In this document: piece after piece, positions 63,835 through 64,000 of the stretch | How the letters are laid out: each line of letters begins with the position of its first letter | How positions within the stretch are numbered: position 1 is the first letter of the stretch | NCBI GenBank assembly: GCA_900546875.1 | Contig: URET01000001.1 | Span: 226,069-290,068, forward strand | Direction: 5' to 3' | DNA from: an uncultured Eubacteriales bacterium | GTDB taxonomy: Bacteria > Bacillota > Clostridia > Christensenellales > CAG-314 | Length of the DNA stretch: 64,000 nt | Notes under the pieces: model-generated | Told to the model about the DNA's origin: nothing | Databases searched by the model: none | The model's input: only the letters and a program-made list of their open reading frames with translations | Position numbers and translations under genes: made by a program

Positions 63835-64000
63835 TTAATATATTATCCTTCCTCTGACTCCGTCCTTAAATACGCCCCCTATTACCACTTTCGCTGTCTC
63901 CCCCGGCTTAAGAGTCCCCTCGGGATATACCTTAATATAATTCGACGTATAACCGTATTTGCTTTCGATCAGTATTTCGGCCTCTTTCCCCGCGTGCTTT
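63835..64000 (-). CDS. C-terminal fragment (TRAM-like domain) of a MiaB/MtaB-like tRNA methylthiotransferase; 5' end outside the window
   Basis: The frame from 63999 reads KHAGKEAEILIESKYGYTSNYIKVYPEGTLKPGETAKVVIGGVFKDGVRGRIIY*. The G.T.NYI.V pattern and the position before hinT/rpsU fit mtaB. Only 54 aa are visible. Confidence 0.45.
   Translation of the reverse strand, partial: KHAGKEAEILIESKYGYTSNYIKVYPEGTLKPGETAKVVIGGVFKDGVRGRIIY

Noticed and set aside
1-64000. Scanned for mobile elements, prophage genes, toxin-antitoxin pairs, restriction-modification, CRISPR-Cas or other defence systems, and for tRNA or rRNA genes.
   Set aside because: No ORF shows transposase, integrase, recombinase, nuclease-methylase or Cas-like motifs. 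No spaced repeat array and no tRNA T-arm-like GGTTCGAATCC strings were seen. The window appears to be core chromosome apart from the first 7.5 kb.

Overview
This 64 kb window looks like a low-to-moderate-GC Firmicute chromosome, probably Clostridia; that placement is inferred from gene order and a clostridial 2x[4Fe-4S] ferredoxin. I can support about 60 protein-coding genes, and all but three are on the minus strand.

Content from left to right:
- **Surface module (1-7.5 kb):** a MarR regulator, a 1189-aa BspA-type LRR protein and a large S8/PA-domain subtilase that runs off the left edge.
- **pfp operon:** pfp, trpS, a DUF5685-like gene, a J-like cysteine-string gene and a HAD hydrolase.
- **Nucleoside catabolism:** pdp, yccF, cdd, deoD and deoC, preceded by a two-gene ABC importer with no binding protein.
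- **Glycine cleavage:** gcvT, gcvH, gcvPA and gcvPB, plus an M29 aminopeptidase.
- **Mixed central region:** a PI-PLC-like protein, a P-II-like protein, two aldo/keto-reductase Fe-S fusion paralogs, a NUDIX hydrolase, a CoA-transferase and pfkA.
- **Long minus-strand run (41.3 to 31.3 kb):** ferredoxin, two polytopic membrane proteins, two flavoproteins, tdh, kbl, an MFS transporter and pepT.
- **Housekeeping array (about 21 kb, almost gap-free):** yerC-pcrA-ligA, gatC-gatA, an AIR-synthase-like gene, yicC-rpoZ-coaBC-priA-def-fmt-rsmB-rlmN-rsgA-rpe, then a decarboxylase, tmk, holB and ricT.
- **Right end:** rpsU, a HIT protein and the tail of an mtaB-like gene.

Two small genes are missing from the ORF track because they are under 60 aa, and I found them by hand: a 56-aa ferredoxin and the 59-aa ribosomal protein S21.

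I saw no rRNA, tRNA, CRISPR array, transposase, integrase, prophage gene or recognisable defence system. The window is mostly ordinary core genome, and I found no compelling novel system. The items most worth a second look:
- A translationally coupled GatC-GatA-PurM/HypE-like cassette sits where GatB is expected.
- A coupled pair encodes an HPD-less J-like protein with a C-terminal cysteine string and a DUF5685-like protein.
- A ferredoxin, a structured 190-nt spacer, two unknown membrane proteins and two flavoproteins form one block.
- A roughly 0.37 kb polypurine spacer rich in SD-like motifs lies upstream of the rpsU promoter.

All functional calls come from motif and pattern recognition by eye. 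No database search was run.
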